64,000 bases of DNA from Eledone cirrhosa (GCA_964016885.1 OZ024740.1:67456001-67520000), one strand, 5' to 3'. Positions 41,495-54,271 are shown, counted from the first letter of the stretch. The notes: a model not told the origin generated them from the letters alone. Numbers and translations are program-made.

Positions 41495-43320
41495 AATAAT
41501 GGTTTCATTTATTGGCCACAAGGGCCGACATATAGGGGACGATACACTAGACAGGGACAGTGGGGTTTACATATAATACCTGTAAAAATATAAATAACAA
41601 TAACAAAATAACAAGAAAAACTCAACAACAAGAATTCCCCAATAGGGGGAATAACCACCCAGGGTTGATTCAGGTACCCCACCAATCCTCAACCATCCGA
41701 CGCTTCGAGAGCACCCGGGAAGGGCACCCCTCTCCTCCTCAAATTCACCAACCCACAGGCGCATGATCAGAGTAGGCCCACTCACTCGGGCCATTCTCGC
41801 CACATTCACCCACCTTTCAGAAAATGTACTGCGGGGCAGCACATCTCTTTCTACCATCACCTTCTTTCCAAAGGAAATTTGAAAAAGTTGATGAAGATTT
41901 GGCTGAAGAGATGTCTGTCTTCAGTCCTTTCGACCTGGTCCACCATACAACCTCTTTCGCTACTGCCACTAGCCAGAGGAAAATTGCCTGCCATTCCTGG
42001 CTAAAAGAAGGAGGCGGGTCGATGTTCCCGATGGACTAGGCCGATAGCTGGATCCGTTCTACATGTGACAACAAGTGTTCGACATAAATCAGTAATGCAC
42101 GGACACTGCATGCACAACGGTTTCGTTGCTCTCCCGCATATCGGGAAGGTCCGTCTGACGGCACGTCCGTGCCTATAGAATGTATCTTCCTTCTACAGCT
42201 GTCAACTGTTGTTCACCATTTGGCAGTACAATAATGTATGAAAATCCTTGAAAATTTGCCTGATCTATTTGGAGCAAAATTTGCAATCCGAACATAGTCC
42301 ATCCCTCCTGAGCGGATTAATGAAATTAGAGGAAGTTTTCTTATACCCATCATCCTCCAGGATGGTTAACACTACCCACGAGATTCTGTCTTAGGCTGCG
42401 CATCTTCATTACATATTTTCTTATATCAGTCAAAATTAACAGCAATTCTTCACTCTAGCGGATTAATAGAGTGAACCCTCACCTCATTTTCAAGGTGTAT
42501 CTTACTTCTATCGTCCTGTATTCTCTTTCTCTAGAAATTAAACTTTCTTTTTCCATATCTCCTTGTTAGACCCGTTGCGCTTGTAAAACTGTGTCGTCCC
42601 CGTCATCTATTGCGGGGTATTATGCTGTTATAAATAATTGTATATTTCTTGAAGTTCAAAATGACATCTACTGGCGCTGCCAACTGATTTTTCCTTCCGT
42701 TTCTCTGGAGCATTCTCTCAGCTTCTGTAAAAGTGTCTGAATCCTCCTTCCTGTCTGGCGTTCCGTTTGCTCCCGCACATGCTTGTTTCTGCGGCAGTGG
42801 TGATGATGTGGGTACCGTTGTTGTTGTTGTTATTGTTGTCATTTTTGTCATGATTGCTGTTGTAGGGACTGCTACAATTTCTAGTAAATTTATGATGTAA
42901 TATAACTGACATCGTTTTATTTAGTCTATACTTATATATATATATGTGTGTGTGTGTGCGTGTGCGTGTGTGTGTGTGTATGTGTGTGTGTTTGTGTGCG
43001 TGTGTGTGTGTGTATGTGTATATATAGATATAGTTAATAAACGAACAAACAAAACACAGGAGGCAATTTTACACAGTTATATATAATGGAGAGAGAGAAG
43101 ACTCTATTTTAGATCTGAACCTGTGTTAAAATTATCGATCCCATAATAGTGTTAGCTAAACTTGAACTCAGCAACAAGAGTTGAATACAGAATGCAAAGA
43201 GCTGTAAAGAAAATAAAAAAACACACCAGATAATACTTTCTATTCAACTCTCTAACGACTGTCAATTCACTGCCTGTCACTAAGAGTTAAGCCCCCTTAA
43301 AAAGGCCAAATATATATTTT
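41495..43320 (-). mobile_element. Internally deleted Tx1 derivative E (decayed ORF1 joined to the ORF2 tail); 5' limit uncertain
   Basis: 41495-42185 resembles the 3' end of element A; upstream decayed ORF1 'FTEAERMLQRNGRK..YTIIYNSI..LPNGEQQLTAVEGR' parallels ORF1 of C and D. Confidence 0.75.
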
Positions 43321-43494
43321 TAAATAATATAAAAAGAAATACATAATTAAAAGCATTCAAACGTTAAAATGGACTTCTTTCCATGTCAAAGTTTTGTGAA
43401 CAATAAATATATTTTTATGATGACAATACAACAAAGAAAAATGACACGATTGTATAATTTAAAATGGCAATAATAGCAAATGAAAAATAATGTT

Positions 43495-43838
43495 AATAAT
43501 TGTTTCTACTTTAGGCACAAGGCCAGCAATTACACAGTGCATTACTGGTACTTTATTTTATCGACCCGTTAAGGATGAAAGGCAAAGTCAACCTCGGCGG
43601 GATTCAGAATAATAATGTTAATAATAATTGTTTCTACATTTGGCACAAGGGCAGCAATTTCAAGGGAAGGTTAAAAATGGCTAAATGGACCACAGCGCAT
43701 TACTGGTACTTTATAATATCGAGCCCCGTACGGATTAAAATCGAAGCTATCCACGCCAAGATTTGAACTCAGAACGCAAAGGGGCATAACGCTATGCCAC
43801 GAAGCATGGTGTCCGATGCTTTACCGATACTGCCAACC
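43495..43838 (-). mobile_element. Two tandem SINE copies (first 5'-truncated)
   Basis: ~43495-43607 and ~43620-43838 match the SINE. Confidence 0.85.
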
Positions 43839-43890
43839 ATACACAAACACCCATAAAGAGCTATCCCTAACCTCCTCTTCGAAACGCGCG

Positions 43891-43959
<69 letters not shown>

Positions 43960-43961
<2 letters not shown>

Positions 43962-46575
43962 TCACCAGAAAACCCGTCTCATGCAAAAGACAGCAACTTC
44001 ATCTTATCGCAGAGAGAAAACACCATGTGTCCGCCCCACCAAAAACAGATAAAGCATAAAAAGAAACCCAAACAATCCTGTACGGTTCCAACGCACACAC
44101 CACCACACACTCCAAAATCCAACAAAACACACACCAAACGCAGGTACCTCTCCAACTACAGCAACACTAACACCATACCTATAAACACAGACATAGTAAG
44201 CAAAACCATCCACATCACAACAAACACAAACTTCTTGTCGTTTACTGTTAGTGGGTGAATGAAACGCCATCTTAGATGCACGGGAAATATGGAGGTAGCT
44301 GTTAGAAGTAGGTATGGGTGCAAAAGTCTCATGAACCTAATCAAACATTTCCCACAGTTTGCCAAGTACTGACTAGATTTCCAGAATGCGCCAATCGCAT
44401 AGTGTGATCTAGGCCATATGCAAACACATTTGTGATTGGTTTAGCAGATAGGGACGGCATAGGATGTTAACAACTTCAAACGGTCACCTATTAAGATCAC
44501 AATTTCATGATCTGCATAAGACGACCTAAAGAGAACACAGACTGGGAAATGGTTACTAGATGCTTAACGCGTCTGCCCCGGCGCGTATAGCATACAACGA
44601 CAAGATTAACACATTAGTTAAGCACAAGATGAGAGGGGCAGTACTCAAAACCAGGTGGTCGGGTACGCCCAATAGAGCGACTACAGTGGAAAAATTAGGT
44701 GGTGGGGTACGCCCAATAGAGCAACTACAGTGGAATCAATAGTATTTAGTAAAGAATCAAGGATAGGAAAAAATAGACAAGAGGGGGAGTTAGTAGCTAA
44801 ATTAGGAAATACGAATAGGAGAAGTATTGCAACCGGTTTGCTAGATGCGAGAATGGCCCTGGACCAATTTTGAATACGTATCATGAAGATTGCATTGTGG
44901 GAGTCAATGCGCATTCTCTAAGGATCGAGAGAACAATAGCTGCTGTCGGCCCAAATGTTAGAGACACAGCATGGTCACAAAGCTACAATTCTGTCTTCAG
45001 TCGTCTGAGACGAGTGCGTGCTATTCTATTCGAAGCAGATGTGTGCGACTTTTCACCAGCATTTTGCACTAAAGTTCAGGGAGAGTCGGGGGTCGGAGAA
45101 AGCAGAGAATTACAGTTCTTATCTCGACGACCTGATGTGATTCACCACAGCTGATACAGATTGCTATGTAGAGCCGGAAGTCCTGACCGACTCTACGAGG
45201 TGCAAATCGCTCAATTTGGATGGTCTGCACTATTGATTTTACGTAGATATACCAAACCTATTCTCCAATTTCCACAAATCTGTCTATTGTAACTGAGAGC
45301 AAAACGGGAGAATCCCAGTTCTGTAAATTAGGGCGTAGTTACGGTAAGGAAAGACAAGAACAAGGGCGATGGTATATTTCCGGTCCAAAACGCTACTCAT
45401 CAAATAGTTTAAATTTTTCCCAAGGTAATATCAACGTGGTTGGCGCTTGTCTGGTCGGTGAGGTGCAGGCGTGCGTAATCCTGACTAGTAACAAACACGA
45501 CAGCCTATATCACATGAGATACTTCTAAGAGATTGTTGGGAATAAACCTGGTTTTAGTGGTACAAAGATCATTGTGCATCAATCGAAAGCTTCCGATAGT
45601 GTCGAGCATTGTTACACGGAGGCAGTCCTCAAGGTAAGAGGTTTCTGTCCCGTCCTCAGAGACGAGATCACTACAATACACAGGGGCATCTGCTCGGTGG
45701 TCAAAGTAAATGGCTACCTATTGGAACCATTTCACATTGCGCTCTCCGTCTGTCAAGGATGCTTACTTTCCACGCTTCTCTGTGTATTGACACTCGAGCC
45801 ACTACTGTGGAAGTTAGCGCCGTTACGATGTATACTGATGGTACCAGGATGTGTAGAGCTACATCGTCATATATAGTCGATGTCACCATGATGATGTCGA
45901 ACATTTTGGTACTCGAGATGGTCGGCAACTTCTTCGACATATTTACAGTCTTAAGGCAAGCGAAGACGGGGATTGGATGCTTGGCATAGGGAATGTTGCC
46001 AGGTACTCAAATCCCTCTTCCAGTGGAGCAGCGTGGTAAATGGAAAGCGAACTAACCAGTCTGTTCCGAAGAATCTTCTTGCCAGGGATTATGAACAATA
46101 CCAGTAATGCACTGGGTAATTGCTGGCCTTGTGCCTAAAGTAGAAACAATTATGAACAATTTACAGGAACTTCTGGCTGAGCAGTGCTAACGGAGGCGGG
46201 GCGCGGTGTCATTGCCGGTTCGAAACAAATTCTGCAGGCATGGAAATACTGTCGGACGAACCTGTCCGAGGTGCACGCAGAGCAATAAAACTGTTTTACA
46301 CGCATTCGTTTAGTGTCCGAGCATTGCTACCTTGTGTAGTTTTGTCGAACAGCTATTATCCCGAGTAGGGTGGACCTTCTATTGACCGATACCATCGTGA
46401 AGATCTCCCCGTCACAATCTTCTGGCATGGAATGACAATCAGTTTTTCGCTGCCTGTTGGCTGCAGCGAAATAGTTTCTATGTTGGACGAGTTTTATGTA
46501 AATCCCCACTGACCCTGTTTTTGTATCGTCCATAAAGTTTCGGCCCTAGTGGCAAATACAGAAATGATAACAATT
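43960..46575 (+). mobile_element. Older, heavily decayed Tx1 copy F on the opposite strand
   Basis: Fragments 'GCKSLMNLIKHF', 'HQSKASDSVEHCY..LSVCQGCLLSTLLCVLTLEPLL'; C-terminal region near 46210-46320; 3' end 'ggccctagtggcaaatacagaaatga'. Confidence 0.8.
46100..46148 (+). mobile_element. 5'-truncated SINE tail with 12-bp target-site duplication, inserted in Tx1 copy F
   Basis: ATTATGAACAAT at 46088-46099 and 46149-46160 flanks 'accagtaatgcactgggtaattgctggccttgtgcctaaagtagaaaca'. Confidence 0.8.
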
Positions 46576-46591
46576 ATTAACATTACCATCC

Positions 46592-46830
46592 TGGCGGTGG
46601 ATTGGCAGTATCGGTAGAGAGTCGGACGCCATGCTTTGCAGCATAAAGTATGGTCCTTTACGTTCTGAGTTCAAATCCCGCCGGGGTTAAATTTACCTTT
46701 AATCTTTACGGGGTCGATAAAATAAAGTAGCAGACACGCACTGGGGTTTATTTGATTGAATTCACCCCCCCCCCCCCACCCCACCCCACAAAAAATGCTG
46801 GCCTTGTGCCAATATAAGAAACCATTATTG
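46592..46830 (+). mobile_element. Full-length tRNA-derived SINE directly behind the 3' end of Tx1 copy F
   Basis: A box TGGCAGTATCGG, B box GAGTTCAAATCCC, core 'ggggtcgataaaataaagta', tail 'ggccttgtgccaatataagaaaccattatt'. Confidence 0.9.
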
Positions 46831-47067
46831 CCATCTTCGTTTCTATTAGCCTTATTTCAGCTTTTGTTGAGGTCATATTATTTTCATGTTTTTCTTCTCC
46901 GTCATCTTGGTTATTAAGCAACGTTGGAAAGATTTAAATAACAATATCAATATATGTGGGAATATATACTATTCGTTTACAATCCTTCACCACAAAACAC
47001 CTCTTATATACATGTCTGTCTGAGCTCGCGTATATAAATATATTCACTCAGACATATATGTTCACGT

Positions 47068-47148
<81 letters not shown>

Positions 47149-47545
47149 GTGTGTGTGTGTGCTTTTCACTGTTGACAGTATGTGAGTGTCAGCGTGTACA
47201 TATGTATGTTGTGCGTAAAATATCCCTGGTGAAACTTTCTTTGTATCATTGCTGTCTCGATTCAGCTGTCAAAAATATTTGGTCCCCGTGCCTCTGTCAA
47301 ACTCTAAGCAATTAAAATAACGCACAATGGACTAGTCTTCACCTTTAACGAAAGTGCATTATTTCAACGACAGAAACGTTAAATAGATCTTTAGTTCTTT
47401 ATACACCATAGCCATCTGCATCGTGTTGATCAGGTGATGCAGGGAATCATTCACCACATCGTTTCACCTTTTCCTTTGTCTGTACATAATAGTATTTTTT
47501 TTCAAGGCACTGATGTATATGGGTGTGAATATTTATGCATACATA

Positions 47546-47580
<35 letters not shown>

Positions 47581-47601
47581 GCACATACACACGCACACAC
47601 C

Positions 47602-47635
<34 letters not shown>

Positions 47636-47731
47636 CAAACACACACATACATACATATATATATATATATATATGTAGTTTGAGAGAAATGCACATGAAC
47701 ATACACGTACACGCACCAACTATACGACGTT

Positions 47732-48183
47732 ATGAGACTGTCACTACTCTAAAGCAATAGCATAAGGTCTTCGAAATGCATTTAATTAAGCATACAGTGT
47801 ATTGCAAAATACACTATATATACATTCATATATATATAGCTTTTTCAGATCACCAATTCTAATTTTCAATTCCTGCTTGACCGGCAACCGCTCTGTATAA
47901 TCAGTTCCTGGTTATTTACTAGAATTCTATAAGAATCAAACATCCATGATTCACAGCAAACAGAAGAAGTTGGCTTTGATAGGCATCAATAAATGCGAAA
48001 CAGGGCCCTGTCAGCTTTATCTCCCTTGTTTCCTGAAAATTAAAGCAAATGAGACTGTCACCATTCTAAAACAATAGCATAAGGTCTTCGAAATGCTTTT
48101 AATTAAGCATACAGTGTATTGCAAAATACACTATATATACATTCATATATATATAGCTATTTCAGAGCAGCAATTCTTATTTT
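47732..48183 (+). repeat. Partial tandem repeat (period 317 bp, 135-bp direct repeats) enclosing a hammerhead-like motif
   Basis: 47732-47866 is similar to 48049-48183. Confidence 0.85.
47973..48015 (+). ncRNA. Type I hammerhead-like motif with variant core UUGAUAG
   Basis: GCT-TTGATAG-GCAT caataa ATGC-GAAA-cagggccctg-TC-AGC; palindromic stem III ACAGGGCCCTGT, GUC triplet. Confidence 0.7.
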
Positions 48184-48214
48184 ATATATATATATGTATA
48201 TATATATGTATATA

Positions 48215-48456
<242 letters not shown>

Positions 48457-48542
48457 TTGCTCTACGGTTCTTATATATTTGATATATATTTATCCTTATC
48501 GAGCCCTCTTTGGATTTTAGTCTTCAATTTTATTATTAATAC

Positions 48543-48562
48543 TATATATATATATATATATT

Positions 48563-48614
<52 letters not shown>

Positions 48615-48624
48615 CATATATATG

Positions 48625-48705
<81 letters not shown>

Positions 48706-48766
48706 GTATATATATATATATGTATATATATATATGTATATATATATATATGTATATATATATATG

Positions 48767-48799
<33 letters not shown>

Positions 48800-48830
48800 G
48801 TATATATATATGTGTATATATATATATATG

Positions 48831-48879
<49 letters not shown>

Positions 48880-48880
48880 T

Positions 48881-48928
<48 letters not shown>

Positions 48929-48991
48929 CATATATATATACATATATACACACATATATGTATATATATATGAATATATATATACAAAAAA

Positions 48992-49022
<31 letters not shown>

Positions 49023-49286
49023 CATATATACACACATATATATATATATATACACATATATATATATACATATATATATATACACATATATATATATACA
49101 TATATATATATACACATATATATATATACATATATATATATATTGGAAAATGTGTGTAATCCTTGGTACAGTTAGGTATATTAAGATAGGGGGGAAGAAA
49201 AAATGGCTTCACTTGTGCTTTCAACAAATTTATATATATACATATATGTGTGTATATATGTATATATATATGTATATATATATATA

Positions 49287-49353
<67 letters not shown>

Positions 49354-49355
49354 TA
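48543..49355. repeat. Long (TA)n/(TATG) compound microsatellite
   Basis: Direct reading. Confidence 0.95.
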
Positions 49356-49363
49356 TATGTATA

Positions 49364-49551
49364 GGGCGGTGGATTGGCAGTATCGGTAGAGGGTCGGACG
49401 CCATGCTTTCCAGCATAGTTACGTCCCTTTACCATCTGAGTTCAAATCCCGCCGAGGTTGACTTTGCCTTTCATCCTTACGGGGTCGATAAAATAAAGTA
49501 CCAGTAATGCACTGGTAATTGCTGGCCTTGTGCCTAAAGTAGAAACAATTA
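49364..49551 (+). mobile_element. Full-length tRNA-derived SINE (short variant)
   Basis: A box TGGCAGTATCGG, B box GAGTTCAAATCCC, central 'tttgcctttcatccttacggggtcgataaaataaagtaccag', 3' 'ggccttgtgcctaaagtagaaacaatt'. Confidence 0.92.
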
Positions 49552-49590
49552 TATGTATATATATATACATATATATATATATATTATATG

Positions 49591-49637
<47 letters not shown>

Positions 49638-49693
49638 CGCCAGGTGCTATTAAGTTAGACAATACTGGCCGAAACCTATCAAAGTTATCAAAG

Positions 49694-49724
<31 letters not shown>

Positions 49725-49729
<5 letters not shown>

Positions 49730-49808
49730 GGAAAAAATGAAACGAAATTTCATTTCTCACTCTTCGTAAGAGTAAGAAATGAAATTTCGTTTCATTTTTT
49801 CCGTTTAT
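49725..49808. repeat. ~84-bp near-perfect palindrome
   Basis: 'taaacggaaaaaatgaaacgaaatttcatttctcactctt cgt aagagtaagaaatgaaatttcgtttcattttttccgttta'. Confidence 0.9.
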
Positions 49809-49925
49809 CTTTTTCGGTACCACGGCCGATTAACTCACTCGATATGCAAATTAGGCTGCTTAGCCGTTAATATGCATAAGGAAAGTATAATCTTTCAGAC
49901 GTTCAAGCATCTGGCAGGAAGGTAT

Positions 49926-49968
49926 ACGTTGCTGACTATAGCTAATAAGCTTGAAACTAGTACAGCGT
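49926..49968 (+). ncRNA. Minimal hammerhead-like motif with one core substitution (G8 to U)
   Basis: ACGTTG-CTGACTA-t-AGCT aata AGCT-t-GAAA-ctag-TA-CAGCGT. Confidence 0.65.
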
Positions 49969-50265
49969 TCCTTTGTCAGTGTTGAACAAATGATCAACGA
50001 TGGTTGCTAGACACTGTACGGCTTAATTCGGGATGTTTGTTTACAAACACACCGAGGATTATAATAAATATTCGATAAATCCATACCTACATATATATAT
50101 GTGTGCATGTATGGAAATATATATACATACTAATGTACGTCTGTATACATATATGTATGTACGTATACATACTTATATATATGTATATATATATATATGT
50201 ATATATATATGTGTGTATATATATATATATGTGTATATATATATATGTATATATATATATATGTA

Positions 50266-50308
<43 letters not shown>

Positions 50309-50393
50309 AAAGTTATATTTAAAATTGTTGGGTTACAACTAGTAAATATTTATAACTGATATAAAAGCACTCGACAAATATTTGGAGTATATT

Positions 50394-50760
50394 TACAATA
50401 TTAAATAAATGGAAACTATATTTATAAAACCATATTTATTTCATTATATATATTTCGGGGATATCATATTAACAATATGCTATGCCTTCCTCAGACAAAA
50501 TACAATATAAACAGTTTTATAGATAAATAGATTCGACATACCGTAACAACACCGACTTGCATTTGGAGAGGTGCCAGCTCAACCTCTCCAAAGGCAAGTC
50601 GGTGTTGTTACGGTATGTCGAATCTATTTATCTATAAAACTGTTTATATTGTATTTTGTCTGAGGAAGGCATAGCATATTGTTAATATGATATCCCCGAA
50701 ATATATATAATGAAATAAATATGGTTTTATAAATATAGTTTCCATTTATTTAATATTGTA
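50394..50760. repeat. 367-bp palindrome (179-bp arms, 9-nt loop) carrying a hammerhead on each strand
   Basis: Arms 50394-50572 and 50582-50760; one mismatch seen. Confidence 0.92.
50652..50717 (+). ncRNA. Type I hammerhead ribozyme with canonical core (mirror copy on - strand ~50437-50502)
   Basis: TATTTTGT-CTGAGGA-[aggcatagCATATT gtt AATATG atatcccc]-GAAA-tatata-TA-ATGAAATA; 8-bp stem I including 2 G-U pairs. Confidence 0.72.
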
Positions 50761-50793
50761 TATATATATATATATATATATGTATTATATACA

Positions 50794-50835
<42 letters not shown>

Positions 50836-50888
50836 TGTATATATATATATATACATATATGTATATATATATACATATATATATATAT

Positions 50889-52535
50889 AGTAACGAGTAG
50901 GACCCCGACGGCTGAGACCCGGCTATACCAAAATAGACATACTTTCCGAAACCCGGCCCGGCGTCACGCCACCACACTTTCGGCCCACATCTGGGACCTC
51001 AAAGATAACAATATAACTTATGATCTCACTTGGAGCTTACTGTCCAGAGCCAACTCTTACACGGGAGGACGCCGTCCGTGTAATTTATGCTCGGAGGAAT
51101 ATTACAAATGTTGTTTTCGACGGACCAACTCCTAAACAAGAAAGACGAACTGGTAACTGCATGCAAACACATATTGCGTAGCACTTACCTCGCCCTCAAA
51201 CCCCATAATGACCCGGGGGGGTGTGTGTGTGGGGGGGGGGGGTAGACAAGGGCTGTAAAATCCCGCTTGCCGACTTTTTAATGGGTAACCCCTGCTTGTA
51301 AAGATAGATGTAAGATTTTCTTATATATTTTTTATCGTTTTCTCTATATTTCCTTCTTGCCCAACCCTTCCTAGTCCTCCCACCCCAGTTCTCCTTCTAT
51401 GTCGTCGTCCTTTTCACTTTCTCGTCCACCCCGAGGCAGCCCTTCGGTCCTTTGTAGCCTCAGTACCCCCACCCCCATCCTCTATTCTATGATACAATTG
51501 GCCGACTCGGCTTTTTATAGCAGATGTGATAGATCCCAGATACTTGCTTTCTTATCCGATTGCTGCCCCATTTCCGTGTTTTCTAGATTTCTGAGTGGTA
51601 TCTCTGCTTTAGTTTCTCGTATATCAGTATTTATTTGGGGGGGGGGGGGGGGGGATTCTGAATTAATTTTTCGTATTAAATTTTTCATATATATCTTACG
51701 AGCATTTATGTAGTTTGTATTACAATTTATGTATCGTAGCGGTACGCTTATATATCGTATTAGTATTCATTTTCGGGTTTCTGAATTATTATTTCGTATT
51801 AGTTTCGGTTCTCTGAATTATTATTTCGTAGTAGTTTCTTTAGTATTTTGGCACCCTACTTGTTGACCTGTCACTGTAAGATAGATTTGGACGATTACTA
51901 CTAACTCATGAAATTCTTTCACTTCATCTCGTATTTAGTATTCTGTCCCACCTATTAAATTTGTCTATACTTTAGCAGTACCAGTGAGACTTGAAGATTG
52001 TGGTAAGAGAATGGTAACCAGAAATTGTTTTTCTTTTTCTTTTTTTATATTTTTAACATTCTTATTCTTCTTCTATATATTTACTCCATATTGATTTACT
52101 TATTATTTCGACTTCCTCCCTCTCCCCCTCCCTAGTACACTTCTCTTGACCCCTTATCCTTCGGATTCTGCTGTAGTTGGCACTAACAACGCACGACTGG
52201 GTTCCCTCAACTCCCTCTCCCTCTTTCTTCTACTGGCAAGTTCAGCTACCCCTTCCTTCCACAAAATGACATGATAGAATTATGTGTCTCAACAACAAAC
52301 TTTTGACCAATCCTTGTGACAATCACTTTTACCATATATGGAAATACCCCCTGAGAAGCTCGGCTATTCATGTACCAGGATAAAAATGTTCATTTAGTCA
52401 AGAATTAGCCGTCGAAACGCCTTTAGCCCAGCCGTCTGGGTCCTACTCGTTCCTATTACCCACTCTACTATCCTAAGTATTGAGTACTTTGGTGCGTTAT
52501 GGTCCATCGGGTTCCTTACCACATTTCCTTCGTTA
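50889..52535 (+). mobile_element. 5'-truncated Penelope-like element (GIY-YIG C-terminus plus long 3' region) with a short inverted 5' end
   Basis: 'ETRLYQNRHTFRNPARRHATTLSAHIWDLKDNNITYDLTWSLLSRANSYTGGRRPCNLCSEE' resembles the PLE GIY-YIG C-terminus; 5' 'aacgagtaggaccccgacggctg' is the reverse complement of ~52428-52451; decayed hammerhead at 52346-52441. Confidence 0.82.
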
Positions 52536-52557
52536 TATATACATATATATATATATG

Positions 52558-52822
<265 letters not shown>

Positions 52823-52930
52823 TATTTTCCGTAGTGTTGTAATATAACTATTACACACAGTAGATGGACAGCTCACGCAGAGATTGCACGACGGTTCCAG
52901 TTGTAGTTCTAAAAGTAATCCGGAGAAAAA

Positions 52931-53051
52931 TTATTCCGATGAAATGACAGTTGATAATAACATTGAAATATTGAATGTCTGCATAACTAATACTTTGTAG
53001 ATAGTAGCTGTTTTCAGGTTATGTAACTGTTATAGAAACACGTGTCAATAA
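52931..53051 (+). ncRNA. Hammerhead-like motif with long stem II and one core substitution (U4 to C)
   Basis: TTATT-CCGATGA-a-ATGACAGTT...AACTGTTAT-a-GAAA-cacgtg-TC-AATAA. Confidence 0.68.
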
Positions 53052-53086
53052 ATTCCTTCTTAACTAAACTGTATCCATTAAAATCC

Positions 53087-53134
<48 letters not shown>

Positions 53135-53330
53135 CTTATAACTTCATATACATACATATTTTTACATATATATATATATATACATATATATATTAGAAAG
53201 TGAGGTTTTTTTTACAAAATGAAAAATAACCGAGGTATCCTACACGAGTGAAAGTATAAAGAAAAAGAGATGAAATCGAAAATGCAACTGGAGTCTTATT
53301 TTTTTTTTAAATATATATATTTATTTGGTT

Positions 53331-53368
53331 CCTTTACCGGTTTCGCAGTTCTTCTGCTTTTCAAAAGG
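53331..53368 (-). ncRNA. Minimal type I hammerhead with compensatory U3:A8 core
   Basis: Minus strand CCTT-TTGAAAA-GCAG aagaa CTGC-GAAA-ccgg-TA-AAGG. Confidence 0.75.
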
Positions 53369-53614
53369 TGAGTTGAGATGGAGGATCTGTGGTTTTTCTC
53401 ACATCTTGTTGGTCTCTGAATGTTACTTGTTTTATATGGAAAAAGTGGCTCGAAATGCCAGGTTTTTCGAGAAGTAATTTGATTGGTTTGTCAATAATTA
53501 TAATAAATTTCGCGCCAGTTCGCGTTTCAATAGTTCTTCAAATAAGAGGGGGGGGGTTATCACAGGTTGTTTTTTCATATATGAGTGTTTGAATTTCTTA
53601 TATATATATATATC

Positions 53615-53645
<31 letters not shown>

Positions 53646-53670
53646 TTATAATTTGCCTGTTTATATATAC

Positions 53671-53703
<33 letters not shown>

Positions 53704-53707
53704 CATA

Positions 53708-53970
<263 letters not shown>

Positions 53971-54075
53971 TTATATATATATATATATATATATAAATAT
54001 ATATAAACAAGCAAATTATAAATATATATATATATATATATTGAAAATTGCAAACTTGACTGTCACCACATATTA

Positions 54076-54114
54076 TGAACCTGAAGATTGCGAAAACATG
54101 AAAGTACTTGTTCA
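54076..54114 (+). ncRNA. Minimal type I hammerhead ribozyme with canonical core
   Basis: TGAAC-CTGAAGA-t-TG cgaaaa CA-t-GAAA-gtac-TT-GTTCA; palindromic stem III AGTACT. Confidence 0.75.
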
Positions 54115-54226
54115 ATTAACACTTAGAATTTAATATTCTATCATACTATTTCATTATAATACCATTATAAATTTTAAAGGATTGTAAATAAAACGAGTAG
54201 ATCAGACAAAGTTGGAATTCCTCTTA

Positions 54227-54271
<45 letters not shown>

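Noticed and set aside
44653-44740. 45-bp tandem duplication in Tx1 copy F (and a 30-bp duplication at 14431-14482)
   Set aside because: Ordinary local slippage duplications in neutral sequence.
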